A DNA stretch of 64,000 nt from an uncultured Planctomycetia bacterium (GCA_964650515.1 CAZYUB010000004.1:69541-133540), one strand, 5' to 3'; counted from the first letter of the stretch, positions 28,107 to 37,226 are shown. The notes: generated from the letters alone by a model not told the origin. A program made the numbers and translations.

Positions 28107-28732
28107 GGATAGTGCCGGCCCTGCTGACCGACAAGCCAGCCGACCTGGAGAGGATGATACGCCAGGCGGAGGGTTTCTGCGGGCTCGTCCAGGTGGACAT
28201 AATGGACGGCAAATTCGTGCCCTCAAGGAGCGTTTCGGCCGCGGACCTCGCGAAGATAAAGACCGGGCTTGAGCTCGAGATACACATCATGGTCGAGGAC
28301 CCGTCGAATTATATAGTGCCTTTCAAGGAAGCCGGCGCGGGAAGGATCGTCTTCCATTTTGAATCAAAGGACGACCCCGCCGAAGTGATAAAAAGCATAC
28401 GCGCGCACGGCATGCAGGCCGGCATAGCTATAAACCCGGAGACGCCCGTATCGAAGGCCGAGCCGTATTTCAAGGACATAGACGTGCTGCTCTTCCTCTC
28501 GGTCAACCCCGGCTATTACGGGAGCAAGTTCATCCCCGGCGTGTGCGACAAGGCGCGCTCGCTTAAAGGAAGGAAGGACAGGCCGGTGGTTGCCATGGAC
28601 GGCGGGCTCAAATCCGATAATATCCTGATGATACGCGATGCCGGGGTGGACATGGCCTGCGTCGGAAGCGGCATCTTCGGCAAAGGGGATCCCGCGCAGA
28701 ATTACCGCTCGCTCACGGAGATGCTCGGTTAA
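28103..28732 (+). CDS. rpe: Ribulose-phosphate 3-epimerase family protein
   Basis: VQVDIMDGKFVP and the C-terminal GVDMACVGSGIFG are Rpe signatures. ATGA overlap with the hpnG-like gene. Confidence 0.75.
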   Translation: MRIVPALLTDKPADLERMIRQAEGFCGLVQVDIMDGKFVPSRSVSAADLAKIKTGLELEIHIMVEDPSNYIVPFKEAGAGRIVFHFESKDDPAEVIKSIRAHGMQAGIAINPETPVSKAEPYFKDIDVLLFLSVNPGYYGSKFIPGVCDKARSLKGRKDRPVVAMDGGLKSDNILMIRDAGVDMACVGSGIFGKGDPAQNYRSLTEMLG

Positions 28733-28788
28733 TTTGGTATGGACAACGTTCTTTAATATGATATAATTTAACCAAGAAGGAGGGTAAT

Positions 28789-29142
28789 ATGCGTATATTA
28801 ATCGTATCGATGCTGTTGATTGCCCTTACGTTCACGGTGTCAACTCCCGTACTGGCGGCCGATTCGAGCGGCCTGATCAGGAACGGCCTCGTCGGAGCCG
28901 CGACGGGCGCGGTAGCCGCGGGCGCGTCCCACGGCAAGGCCGGCAAAGGCGCGCTTATCGGCGCAGGCACCGGAATAGCCGCGAATGTAATAGCTGATGC
29001 CATCCTGCCGAGCGAGAAGAGCGCTCCGGAGCAGGCGCCTGCCTCGTCGTCCGGCGACTCGAGCGGTTTCGAGAGGGGATATACAAAAGGCTATGAAGCC
29101 GGTTACCAGGCGGGTTACCAGGCGGGAGTAAAGGGGCAGTAG
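28789..29142 (+). CDS. Small secreted glycine-zipper protein
   Basis: Signal peptide, then GLVGAATGAVAAGASHGKAGKGALIGAGTGIAANVIA (GxxxG repeats) and a YxxGY repeat tail. Extended -10 (TGATATAAT) upstream and a strong terminator downstream. Confidence 0.5.
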   Translation: MRILIVSMLLIALTFTVSTPVLAADSSGLIRNGLVGAATGAVAAGASHGKAGKGALIGAGTGIAANVIADAILPSEKSAPEQAPASSSGDSSGFERGYTKGYEAGYQAGYQAGVKGQ

Positions 29143-29180
29143 GCCCCGCCTTATCCAAGGCGTAGATCTTAACTTCATAA

Positions 29181-29218
29181 AAAGCCCTTTGATGATTGAA
29201 TCGGGGGGCTTTTTGTTT
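29181..29218 (+). terminator. Rho-independent terminator
   Basis: AAAGCCC...GGGCTTTTTGTTTT is a stem followed by a T-tract. Confidence 0.65.
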
Positions 29219-29247
29219 TATAATGCTACCCAATAACAAGGTGGTGT

Positions 29248-30228
29248 ATGAACAGGAAAAGGGTTAAGGGCGAGACGGTCGGCGCGATAATGAAGAACGA
29301 GTTTCTGGCCGTCCCCGAGCATTTCACGATCGAAGAGACGATAAAACATTTCCGGACCGCGTCCCTCGAAAAGGTCTCGAAGCCCTCCTATATATACGTT
29401 GTCGACGATAACGGGCACCTTGTCGGAGTGGTCCAGATGAGGGACCTCCTGAGCCATGCCCCCGGCGTCCGCGTAAACGACATAATGCTCAAGAATGTCG
29501 TAAAAGTCCACGCGGAGATGGACCAGGAAGAGGCGGTAAAATATTTCATAAGGCACAGGTTCCTCGCGATACCGGTCGTCAACAACGACCAGATGCTAGT
29601 CGGCATAATAACGGCAGATGAGATGGTCGATATCGCGGAACTCGAGGCCGAAGACGATATCGCGAAGATAGTCGGTACCGGCGTCGACGAGATAACGAGC
29701 CGGTCTATACCGCGCATAGTCCGCCTGAGGCTCCCGTGGCTCGCGGTCAGCATTTTCAGCGGGTTGGCATGCGCTTTCATAACGGGATGGTTCCAGTACG
29801 AGCTCAAATCGGTCATCGCGCTGGCGCTATTCATACCGATAGTCCTCGGTCTCTCGGAGAGCACCGGGACGCAATCGGCGACAATAGTCGTAAGGAATAT
29901 GGCGCTCGGAAGGGCTACGTTCAAGGACGTCAGATGGCTGCTCCAGAAAGAGATACTCGTCGGCATAATCGTCGGGCTTGCCTGCGGCGTATTTGTCGGC
30001 GGGATAGCGACGATGTGGCAGGAGAGCCCGAAGCTGGGCGCGGCCCTTGCCATGTCTATGTCCGCGTCCATAATGCTGTCGGGCGCCGTCGGCTCCTTCC
30101 TGCCGTTCATATTCCGCGCGCTCGGGTTCGATCCCGCGCTCTCTTCGGGCCCTATAGTGCTTGCCACATGCGACGTGATCACGCTCCTTATATATTTTAA
30201 AGTATCGGGTTTTTTCCTCGCGGGTTAG
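29248..30228 (+). CDS. mgtE: Magnesium transporter MgtE (CBS pair plus MgtE TM domain; no N-terminal MgtE_N domain)
   Basis: Two CBS repeats (VNDIMLKNVVKV..., LAIPVVNNDQMLVGIITADEMV) followed by five TM helices with the MgtE pattern. Confidence 0.8.
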   Translation: MNRKRVKGETVGAIMKNEFLAVPEHFTIEETIKHFRTASLEKVSKPSYIYVVDDNGHLVGVVQMRDLLSHAPGVRVNDIMLKNVVKVHAEMDQEEAVKYFIRHRFLAIPVVNNDQMLVGIITADEMVDIAELEAEDDIAKIVGTGVDEITSRSIPRIVRLRLPWLAVSIFSGLACAFITGWFQYELKSVIALALFIPIVLGLSESTGTQSATIVVRNMALGRATFKDVRWLLQKEILVGIIVGLACGVFVGGIATMWQESPKLGAALAMSMSASIMLSGAVGSFLPFIFRALGFDPALSSGPIVLATCDVITLLIYFKVSGFFLAG

Positions 30229-30247
30229 AAAGGATCCAGGCGGACAA

Positions 30248-30592
30248 ATGAAGAACAAATATAAGTTGGAGGTCTTCCCGAACCTGCATAAAGGTTACGA
30301 GATAAACATTGAGATACCCGAATATACATCGGTCTGCCCGAAGACGGGGCTCCCGGATTTCGGCACGATAACGATAAGGTATATGCCCGGCAGGTCGTGT
30401 ATAGAGCTGAAGTCGCTGAAATACTATATCATCGGCTACCGCAACATGGGCATATTCTACGAGAATGTCATCAACAAGATACTCAAGGATGTCGTCTCCG
30501 CTTGCAAGCCCAAATGGTGCGTCGTGACGGGCGATTTCAACGCGCGCGGGGGGATAAGGACTACCGTGACCGCGAAATACCGCGTAAAATAA
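30248..30592 (+). CDS. queF: NADPH-dependent 7-cyano-7-deazaguanine reductase (type I QueF)
   Basis: EYTSVCPKTGLPDFGTITIRY and IELKSLKYYI are unimodular QueF signatures. Length is 114 aa. Confidence 0.85.
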   Translation: MKNKYKLEVFPNLHKGYEINIEIPEYTSVCPKTGLPDFGTITIRYMPGRSCIELKSLKYYIIGYRNMGIFYENVINKILKDVVSACKPKWCVVTGDFNARGGIRTTVTAKYRVK

Positions 30593-31110
30593 TGAAGATA
30601 ACCACGAAGGGCGGAGATAAAGGGAAGACGAGGTTATGCGGCGGAAGGCCGGTCTCCAAGTGCGACCCCAGGATAAAAGCCCAGGGAGCCCTCGACGAGC
30701 TCGCATCTTTCCTCGGGCTGGCGAAAGTAAAAGTGAAGGACCCCGCCATAAGGAAGAAGATAGGCCTTATCCAGAGGGACCTTTTCAGGATAATCGGCTC
30801 GATATCGTCCGGCGGCGCGGAGGGGAAGAGCTTCTCTATAAAGGATTGCGATGTCAGGATGCTCGAACAGTTCGGGGACGCGGTCGAGGGCAGGATCGGG
30901 ATGCCTTCGGGATTCATCGTGCCCGGGGTGAACGAGAGCTCCGCGGTCCTGCACGTAGCCAGGACGGTCGCGCGCCGCGCGGAATGTTCCGTCGTCGAGC
31001 TCGGGGCCAGGATAAAGGTAGAGCCGTGCATAACGGCCTACCTGAACAGGTTATCCGACCTGCTTTATGTCTTCGCCGTTTGTGAGGAGCGGGGTTCCGA
31101 ACCCGCCTGA
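30592..31110 (+). CDS. PduO-type ATP:cob(I)alamin adenosyltransferase
   Basis: MKITTKGGDKGKTRL is the hallmark N-terminus. The start overlaps the queF stop by 1 nt; the annotated ORF 30397 extension is rejected. Confidence 0.8.
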   Translation: MKITTKGGDKGKTRLCGGRPVSKCDPRIKAQGALDELASFLGLAKVKVKDPAIRKKIGLIQRDLFRIIGSISSGGAEGKSFSIKDCDVRMLEQFGDAVEGRIGMPSGFIVPGVNESSAVLHVARTVARRAECSVVELGARIKVEPCITAYLNRLSDLLYVFAVCEERGSEPA

Positions 31111-31111
31111 T

Positions 31112-31822
31112 ATGGACGCCCCCGTTCCCGCCGATATCCGCGGCATCTTCTCGTTCCTTGCGGGGCGGTATGACCTGTTCAATGCTCTCGCGAGCATCGG
31201 GATGGACAGGTCATGGAGGAAGAAGGCAGCCGGCCTGGCGATGGGCGCCGTGAATCCCGGCTCGTATGTGCTCGACCTTTGCGCCGGCACGGGTGACCTT
31301 GCCATCGAGGTCGCCCTCATGGACAGGTACAGCCGGATAGAAGCGCTGGATTTCTGCGCCGAGATGGTCGAGATAGGCAAAGCGAAGGCGCGAGCGAAGG
31401 GCCTCGACGGACGGATAAACTGGACCGTCGCGGACGCATCCGATATGCCGTATGCCAACGCGACGTTCGACGCAATAACGTGCGGTTTCGCGCTCCGTAA
31501 TATGCGGGAGGGCCTCGATAAAGTTTTCGCGGAATCATGCAGGGTGTTGAAAAGCGGCGCGGTAATGGTAGCGCTGGACCTCACGCGGCCGGAAGGCCGT
31601 GCCAGGAGGATATTGCACCGGATATACCTTAAATGCGCGCTGCCCGTGATAGGGTTCATCATATACGGCAGGACATCCCCGTTCAGGTACCTCGGGGAAT
31701 CGATATCGGGATTTTACACGGCCAAAGAAGTCAGGGAGAAGTTCCTGAAGGCGGGTTTCAGGGAATGCCGCTACGAACCGGCCGGTTTCGGCGCGGCGGG
31801 CATTTATACGGCCGTAAAATGA
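31112..31822 (+). CDS. menG: Demethylmenaquinone/ubiquinone methyltransferase (UbiE/MenG)
   Basis: SAM motif VLDLCAGTGD and UbiE-like FDAITCGFALRN. Confidence 0.8.
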   Translation: MDAPVPADIRGIFSFLAGRYDLFNALASIGMDRSWRKKAAGLAMGAVNPGSYVLDLCAGTGDLAIEVALMDRYSRIEALDFCAEMVEIGKAKARAKGLDGRINWTVADASDMPYANATFDAITCGFALRNMREGLDKVFAESCRVLKSGAVMVALDLTRPEGRARRILHRIYLKCALPVIGFIIYGRTSPFRYLGESISGFYTAKEVREKFLKAGFRECRYEPAGFGAAGIYTAVK

Positions 31823-31832
31823 TACCTCTAAT

Positions 31833-32744
31833 ATGAATAAGATACTGGTATGGCTGGCGGCCCCGAGGCCGCAGTTCTTCACGGCGGCGGTCGTGCCGGT
31901 GGCGCTCGGCGCCGCGGTCGCGTGGGACGGGACGGGGATCATCGACTGGGGCCTGTTCTGGCTGGCCATGGCAGGCGCGGTCCTTTCGCAGGCCGGGCTC
32001 AACCTGACGAATGATTATTATGATTTCAAAAGCGGCGACGACGTAGTCAATAAGACCCCTACGCCGTTCAGCGGAGGAAGCGGGGTGCTGACTCGCGGGC
32101 TGCTGAAGCCCCGGGAAGTCCTGGCGGCGGGGCTGCTGTGTTTTTTCGCAACGGCGGCGATAGGATTTTACCTTGTATTTCTCATAAAAGGATATATCCT
32201 TATAGCTATAGGCGCTATAGGCATATTCCTGGCGTTCTTTTACACCGCAGGGCCGTTCAAGATAGGGTATACGAGGTTCGCAGAGGCGGCCACCGGGATA
32301 GGTTTCGGCCCGCTGATGGTGCTGGGCTCGTATTACGTGCAGGCGCGCCGCCTGGCCTGGGAGCCGTTCTGGGCTTCTGTCCCCGTGGCGATACTCATAG
32401 CGTTGGTCCTGTATATAAACGAATTTCCTGATTTTGAGGCGGACAGCATATCCGGCAAGAACAACACCGTGGTGTCCATCGGGAGGAAGAAAGCGGCCGG
32501 GTATTACGCGCTGTTGATGTTGGCCGCATACCTGTCAACCGCGGCAGGCGCGCTCTCAGGGATCCTGCCGAAAGCGGCCCTTATTACCGCGGCGACATTT
32601 CCGTTGGCCGCCATGGCGATAAAGACGGCAGGGGCGCATTACGATAAGGTGAAGGAACTTCTTCCCGCGAATGCGCTGACGGTGGCAGTACATTTCATTT
32701 TCGGAATGCTTTTAACGATGTCTTACGTTTGGGGGAGAAAATAG
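31833..32744 (+). CDS. menA: 1,4-dihydroxy-2-naphthoate polyprenyltransferase (UbiA family)
   Basis: NDYYDFKSGDD aspartate-rich motif and nine TM helices. Confidence 0.8.
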   Translation: MNKILVWLAAPRPQFFTAAVVPVALGAAVAWDGTGIIDWGLFWLAMAGAVLSQAGLNLTNDYYDFKSGDDVVNKTPTPFSGGSGVLTRGLLKPREVLAAGLLCFFATAAIGFYLVFLIKGYILIAIGAIGIFLAFFYTAGPFKIGYTRFAEAATGIGFGPLMVLGSYYVQARRLAWEPFWASVPVAILIALVLYINEFPDFEADSISGKNNTVVSIGRKKAAGYYALLMLAAYLSTAAGALSGILPKAALITAATFPLAAMAIKTAGAHYDKVKELLPANALTVAVHFIFGMLLTMSYVWGRK

Positions 32745-32753
32745 GAGGAGCGG

Positions 32754-35024
32754 ATGGCGAGCAATGGGACGATCGTGGGGCTTGTGTGTTCGTTTGTTCT
32801 GGTTCTGACGGGCAATTTCAGTTTCGCGCAGGAGGCGGCGGCAGTGGCTAACCTAATGGTACCGAACGCGATGCAGGGGACATGGGAGAATAAGGGTACC
32901 GCAAAGCACAGCTATATATCCGACGGCGCGCGCACGGAAGGCGTGAAGTCGGTCCAGGTAAAATATAACGTGAGCGGGGCCAGGCAGGAATCCGGTTTCT
33001 GGTTCGGCCTGATAGGCAAGGACCTCAGCAAGTACGGGGAGGTCAGCTTCTGGGTGAAAGGCGAGAAGGGCGGCGAGGCCTTCAAGGTAGGCATAAAGGA
33101 CAGCTCCCATTTCGAGGACAAGATAGACATAAAGGACTTGATACCCGGAGGCGTGACTACGCAGTGGCAGAAGGTCACGATCCCGCTGTCGGATTTCAAA
33201 TCGATAAAGAACTGGTTCAGCATGGATAACTTCTCGGTCACGTTCCGCAACGACTACGGCCAGCCGTTCACGGGCACGATATACCTCGACGGGCTTGCCC
33301 TCAGCGGCGAGAGGACGGGTGTGGAGCGCCAGCCGGTGATCAAATGGCCCGCGCCGGAGCTTTCGACGATGACGGACGAGCAGTTCCTCGACCTCATCGA
33401 GCATTCAGCATGCATGTTCTTCTGGGATGAGGCGAATCCCGAGAACGGGCTTATAAAGGATAATTGCTCGGCCTTCATGGCCGACGCCGCGCCGATGGCG
33501 AGCATCGCGTCGGTAGGTTTCGGCCTCCCGGCGTTATGCGTCGCAGTAGACCGCGGCTGGCTGCCGAAGGACAAGGTAGAGGAGAGGATAATAACGACGC
33601 TGAAGTTCTTCAGGGACAAGGCCGAATGCGTCCACGGCTTCTACTACCATTTCCTCGACATGAGGAGCGGCGACCGCTGGGGCGATTGCGAGCTTTCATC
33701 GATAGATACGGCCCTGCTCATGGCGGGCGTTCTGTATGCGGGAGAGTATTTCAAGGGCACCGAGATAGAAAAGCTCGCGAAAGAGCTTTACGACAGGGTC
33801 GATTGGGCATGGATGATGGACAACGGCACGACGCCGAGCATGGGCTGGTTCCCGGATAAGGGGTTCCTCCCTTACAGGTGGTCGGGTTATACGTCGGAGC
33901 ACCTTGTGCTCTATTTTATGGGCATAGGGTCTACGACGCATCCGATGTCGCCGGACTCGTGGAACGCGTTCAGCCGCGGGATGAACACATATAAGGAATA
34001 CAGGTTCAGCGGGCCTCCGGCGCTCTTCACGCACCAGTATTCGCATTGCTATGTCGACTTCAAGGGCAAGGAAGACAGGTTCATGGATTACCAGGAGAAT
34101 TCCGTCCAGGCGACCCTGGCTAACAGGCAGTGGTGCATCGATAACATGACGCGCAGCAAGACGTACGGCCCGGACTGCTGGGGATTGACCGCGTGCGACG
34201 GGCCCGACGGCTACAAGGCGTACGGCGCGCCTAACGGAGAGAACGACGGCACGGTCTCGCCGACCGCCGCGATATCATCGATAGTATTTACGCCGGACCT
34301 GTCGATAAAGGCCGCGAAGTTCATGTATTCGAATTACAAGGACAAGATATGGGGCAAGTACGGTTTTGTCGACGCTTTTAACTGGGACAGGAACTGGGTC
34401 TCGGGAAGGTATATCGGAATAGACCAGGGCCCTATCGTCCTTATGATAGAGAACTACAGGACCGGCAAGGTATGGAAGACGTTCATGGAGAACGCTAACA
34501 TCAAGGCGGCGATGAAGCTTTGTAATTTCACGAAGCCCAAGAAGGTCATAGACACGGTGAATCTTTCGGGCAAGTGGTACCTGAGGACCGGCGATGACTT
34601 CAAATGGTCGAAGCTTAAGTCGGTCGACAAGGAATGGAAGCAGGTAAATGTGCCCGGCGGGTGGGAAGCCCAGGGTTTCGATAATTATGACGGCTATGCC
34701 TGGTACTGGTACGGCTTCAAGATACCGAAAGAGAAGAAGGCCCTCTGGAGTGAGAAGGGTGCCAGGATACTGCTGAGGTTCGGTGGCATTGACGATTGCG
34801 ATATGACCTTCTTCAATAAGAACCTCGTCGGGCAGAGCGGCCTCTTCCCGCCGAAACACCAGTCCGTCTGGGAAAAACAGAGAGAGTACGTTATCCCCCT
34901 GAAGACGGTAAACTTCAAATCGGAGAACTTCATAGCGGTCAGGGTCTATGATTCCGGCAGGGTCGGCGGCATATATAAAGGCCCGGTCGAGATAAAAGTC
35001 ATCAAGGAAGAAGCGCTCGAATAG
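32754..35024 (+). CDS. Secreted multi-domain glycoside hydrolase: family Y CBM-like domain, (alpha/alpha)6 barrel (tentatively DUF3131/GH144-like beta-1,2-glucanase family), and a GH2-type sugar-binding beta-sandwich
   Basis: Signal peptide. The N-terminal domain is alignable to 11814 (FKVGIKD...IPLSDF...IYLDGLAL). The central HSACMFFWDE...SIASVGFGLPALCVAVDRGW region looks like a six-hairpin GH. The C-terminal WKQVNVPGGWE...GYAWYWYGF resembles a GH2 N-terminal domain. Confidence 0.6.
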   Translation: MASNGTIVGLVCSFVLVLTGNFSFAQEAAAVANLMVPNAMQGTWENKGTAKHSYISDGARTEGVKSVQVKYNVSGARQESGFWFGLIGKDLSKYGEVSFWVKGEKGGEAFKVGIKDSSHFEDKIDIKDLIPGGVTTQWQKVTIPLSDFKSIKNWFSMDNFSVTFRNDYGQPFTGTIYLDGLALSGERTGVERQPVIKWPAPELSTMTDEQFLDLIEHSACMFFWDEANPENGLIKDNCSAFMADAAPMASIASVGFGLPALCVAVDRGWLPKDKVEERIITTLKFFRDKAECVHGFYYHFLDMRSGDRWGDCELSSIDTALLMAGVLYAGEYFKGTEIEKLAKELYDRVDWAWMMDNGTTPSMGWFPDKGFLPYRWSGYTSEHLVLYFMGIGSTTHPMSPDSWNAFSRGMNTYKEYRFSGPPALFTHQYSHCYVDFKGKEDRFMDYQENSVQATLANRQWCIDNMTRSKTYGPDCWGLTACDGPDGYKAYGAPNGENDGTVSPTAAISSIVFTPDLSIKAAKFMYSNYKDKIWGKYGFVDAFNWDRNWVSGRYIGIDQGPIVLMIENYRTGKVWKTFMENANIKAAMKLCNFTKPKKVIDTVNLSGKWYLRTGDDFKWSKLKSVDKEWKQVNVPGGWEAQGFDNYDGYAWYWYGFKIPKEKKALWSEKGARILLRFGGIDDCDMTFFNKNLVGQSGLFPPKHQSVWEKQREYVIPLKTVNFKSENFIAVRVYDSGRVGGIYKGPVEIKVIKEEALE

Positions 35025-37226
35025 ATGGCAACGGCGGCTCGAAGGGACTATTTCGGTATACCCGCCTGCGCCTGGAAGAGGGCGCTCGGCGATATTCCTG
35101 AAGGGACTGCCAGCAGCTGCCCCAACAGGGGCGTCGCGCTCGGAGGTTTCGGCGCCGGCTCGTTCATGTACAGCATCTCGGGCTCGTTCGGGCCGTGGTC
35201 GCTGAAGGCCGGCTCTTACGACCAGTTGTGGCTCGGCTCATCCGCGTTCCATTTCCGCGAGAAGGTGGGCGATAAGGAGGAGAGGATACGCACCTTATCG
35301 ACGGATCCCGCGCTAAAGACGAAATGGGAGAAGTTGAAGAAGGGCGACGCGCAATACCACGCGCTGCAGCCGAAGGGCTGGGTCACGTATAGTTGTTTCG
35401 ACCTCGATGTGTCGCAGAAATTCTTCTCCCCGATAATCCCGCATAATTATAAAGAGACCTCTTATCCCGTTGCGGTATGGCAGTTCAGGGTATCCAACCC
35501 GACAAAGCATAAGGCCGAAGCGACGGTCGTGCTGACATGGCAGCATCCTCCTTTCAGCGGCACTTTGCCCCGCAAGGGCTTCAAGAACACCAAAAGGCAG
35601 GAAGGCGGGATAATAGGCATCGTGATGAAGGCGGACCATCCTGAAAACGTGCCCGAGACAGAGGGTTCGGAGTGGTGCATAGCCGCGAAGAGCTCCGATG
35701 ACACAAGGATAATTATCGGGACGGACTGGGACAAGGAGGAGCCGGATTCAGCCGCTATGATCGCGGTGGAGATGTCCCTGGGGCCCGGAGAATCTATGAC
35801 GGTGCCCATAGTTATATCGTGGGATTTCCCGGTGGTAAAATTCGGCGACCCGCACAAGACCGGCACGGAGTGGTGGAGGAAGTATACGGAGTATTTCGGG
35901 CGCGACTCGGCGCAGTCCTTTGCGATAGCGAGAGAAGCGCTTGAGCATTATGCCGTGTGGGAGAAGCAGGTCGACGATTGGATGTCGCCGGTGATAAACA
36001 GCGATAAATACCCGGAGTGGCTGAAGACCGCGGCGTTCAATGAATTGTATTATACGCAGTTCGGCGGGACCTTCTACGAGTCGGGCCTGAAGTCCGGCCA
36101 TGGCCGGGAATATATGGGCCTGCACGAGGACGACCATAAGTTCTTCGTGATGGAATCGATAGGTTATCCTTTCTGCGAGACGTTCGACGTCCGCCATTAC
36201 TGCCAGATACTCACGCTTAAGTTCTGGCCGGAGATCGAAAGGGACATCCTCAGGTGCGTCGCCGACGGCATAGTGCATTTCGACTCCCTGCACCAGACGC
36301 CGCACGACTTCGGCGTGCCGACCGAAGACCCGTTCTTCAAGTTCGACACATACGGCACTAACAAGCTGCACTGGAAGGACCTGCACGCTAAGTTCATACA
36401 GCAGGTAGCGCGGTATTACTATACGCACGATGACCGCGCGTTCCTCGATTACTGCTGGCCGGCGGTAAAGATGACCTACGGGTACATGAAGTCGCAGGAT
36501 ACCGACGGGGACTGCCTTCCGAACAATAACGGCTCCGACAATACTTACGACGCATGGGGGCTCTACGGCACGAGCCTTCTCTGCGGAGGGCTTTGGGTAG
36601 GCGCGCTCGAGGCGATGGAGAAACTCGCGTATGTCGAGAACGACGATATAATAAAGGAAGTCATCGCGATCCTCGACAAGGCGAAGGCGAACCTTGACAA
36701 GCAGCTCTGGTCGGAGCAGAAGCAGTATTACCGCATAGATACCGCCGGGAAGCACTCGGACGCGATAATGGCCGACGGCCTGAACGGCCAGAGGTTCTGC
36801 GAGGTGATGGGGCTCGACGATATCCTGCCGCGCGACAGGATGGTCAAGTACCTGAAGAAGGTCTACGAGATGTGCGTCGTGCCTCTGGAGGACTATAACG
36901 GCGACGGCGTCGGCGACTGCGGCGCGATGAACAGCAAGAACGCCGACGGCACCGATATTGACATTAACATGGCCAAAGAGGTCTGGCCCGGCTCGACATA
37001 CTTCCTCGCGGCGACGATGTACCGCCTCGGCCTTAAGGAAGAGGCCTTAAAGACAGCTTACGGGTGTTATTACATGGTCTACGGGCACGAGAAGAGCGCC
37101 TACTGGTTCAATACTCCCGAGGCGTGGCACAACGGAGGGCATACGCCGAGGCCGTCCAAGCCGGAACAGTACCAGAGAGCCCGCGCGGTGTGGGAGTTCC
37201 TGCTGGAGATCGACGACCCCTTCTAG
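35025..37226 (+). CDS. GH116-family (GBA2-like) beta-glucosidase/glucosylceramidase homolog
   Basis: N-terminal GVALGGFGAGSF beta-sandwich typical of GH116 N-domain, plus a C-terminal (alpha/alpha)6 region. Length is 733 aa. Confidence 0.65.
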   Translation: MATAARRDYFGIPACAWKRALGDIPEGTASSCPNRGVALGGFGAGSFMYSISGSFGPWSLKAGSYDQLWLGSSAFHFREKVGDKEERIRTLSTDPALKTKWEKLKKGDAQYHALQPKGWVTYSCFDLDVSQKFFSPIIPHNYKETSYPVAVWQFRVSNPTKHKAEATVVLTWQHPPFSGTLPRKGFKNTKRQEGGIIGIVMKADHPENVPETEGSEWCIAAKSSDDTRIIIGTDWDKEEPDSAAMIAVEMSLGPGESMTVPIVISWDFPVVKFGDPHKTGTEWWRKYTEYFGRDSAQSFAIAREALEHYAVWEKQVDDWMSPVINSDKYPEWLKTAAFNELYYTQFGGTFYESGLKSGHGREYMGLHEDDHKFFVMESIGYPFCETFDVRHYCQILTLKFWPEIERDILRCVADGIVHFDSLHQTPHDFGVPTEDPFFKFDTYGTNKLHWKDLHAKFIQQVARYYYTHDDRAFLDYCWPAVKMTYGYMKSQDTDGDCLPNNNGSDNTYDAWGLYGTSLLCGGLWVGALEAMEKLAYVENDDIIKEVIAILDKAKANLDKQLWSEQKQYYRIDTAGKHSDAIMADGLNGQRFCEVMGLDDILPRDRMVKYLKKVYEMCVVPLEDYNGDGVGDCGAMNSKNADGTDIDINMAKEVWPGSTYFLAATMYRLGLKEEALKTAYGCYYMVYGHEKSAYWFNTPEAWHNGGHTPRPSKPEQYQRARAVWEFLLEIDDPF

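Noticed and set aside
29143-29247. Possible Mg2+ (M-box) riboswitch upstream of mgtE, or a preQ1 riboswitch upstream of queF.
   Set aside because: The intergenic regions are too short (about 100 nt, mostly occupied by a terminator, and 19 nt respectively) to hold these RNA elements.
30397-30591. N-terminal 65-aa extension of the PduO-type adenosyltransferase ORF, which overlaps queF out of frame.
   Set aside because: The hallmark family N-terminus MKITTKGGDKGKT begins at 30592, right at the queF stop. The extension is Arg/Gln-rich and low-complexity.
31067-31111. Longer menG/ubiE start (MSSPFVRSG...) overlapping the PduO-type adenosyltransferase gene by 44 nt.
   Set aside because: A start at 31112, immediately after the adenosyltransferase stop, gives a typical UbiE N-terminus. 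The extended region has no RBS and overlaps the conserved C-terminus of the upstream gene.
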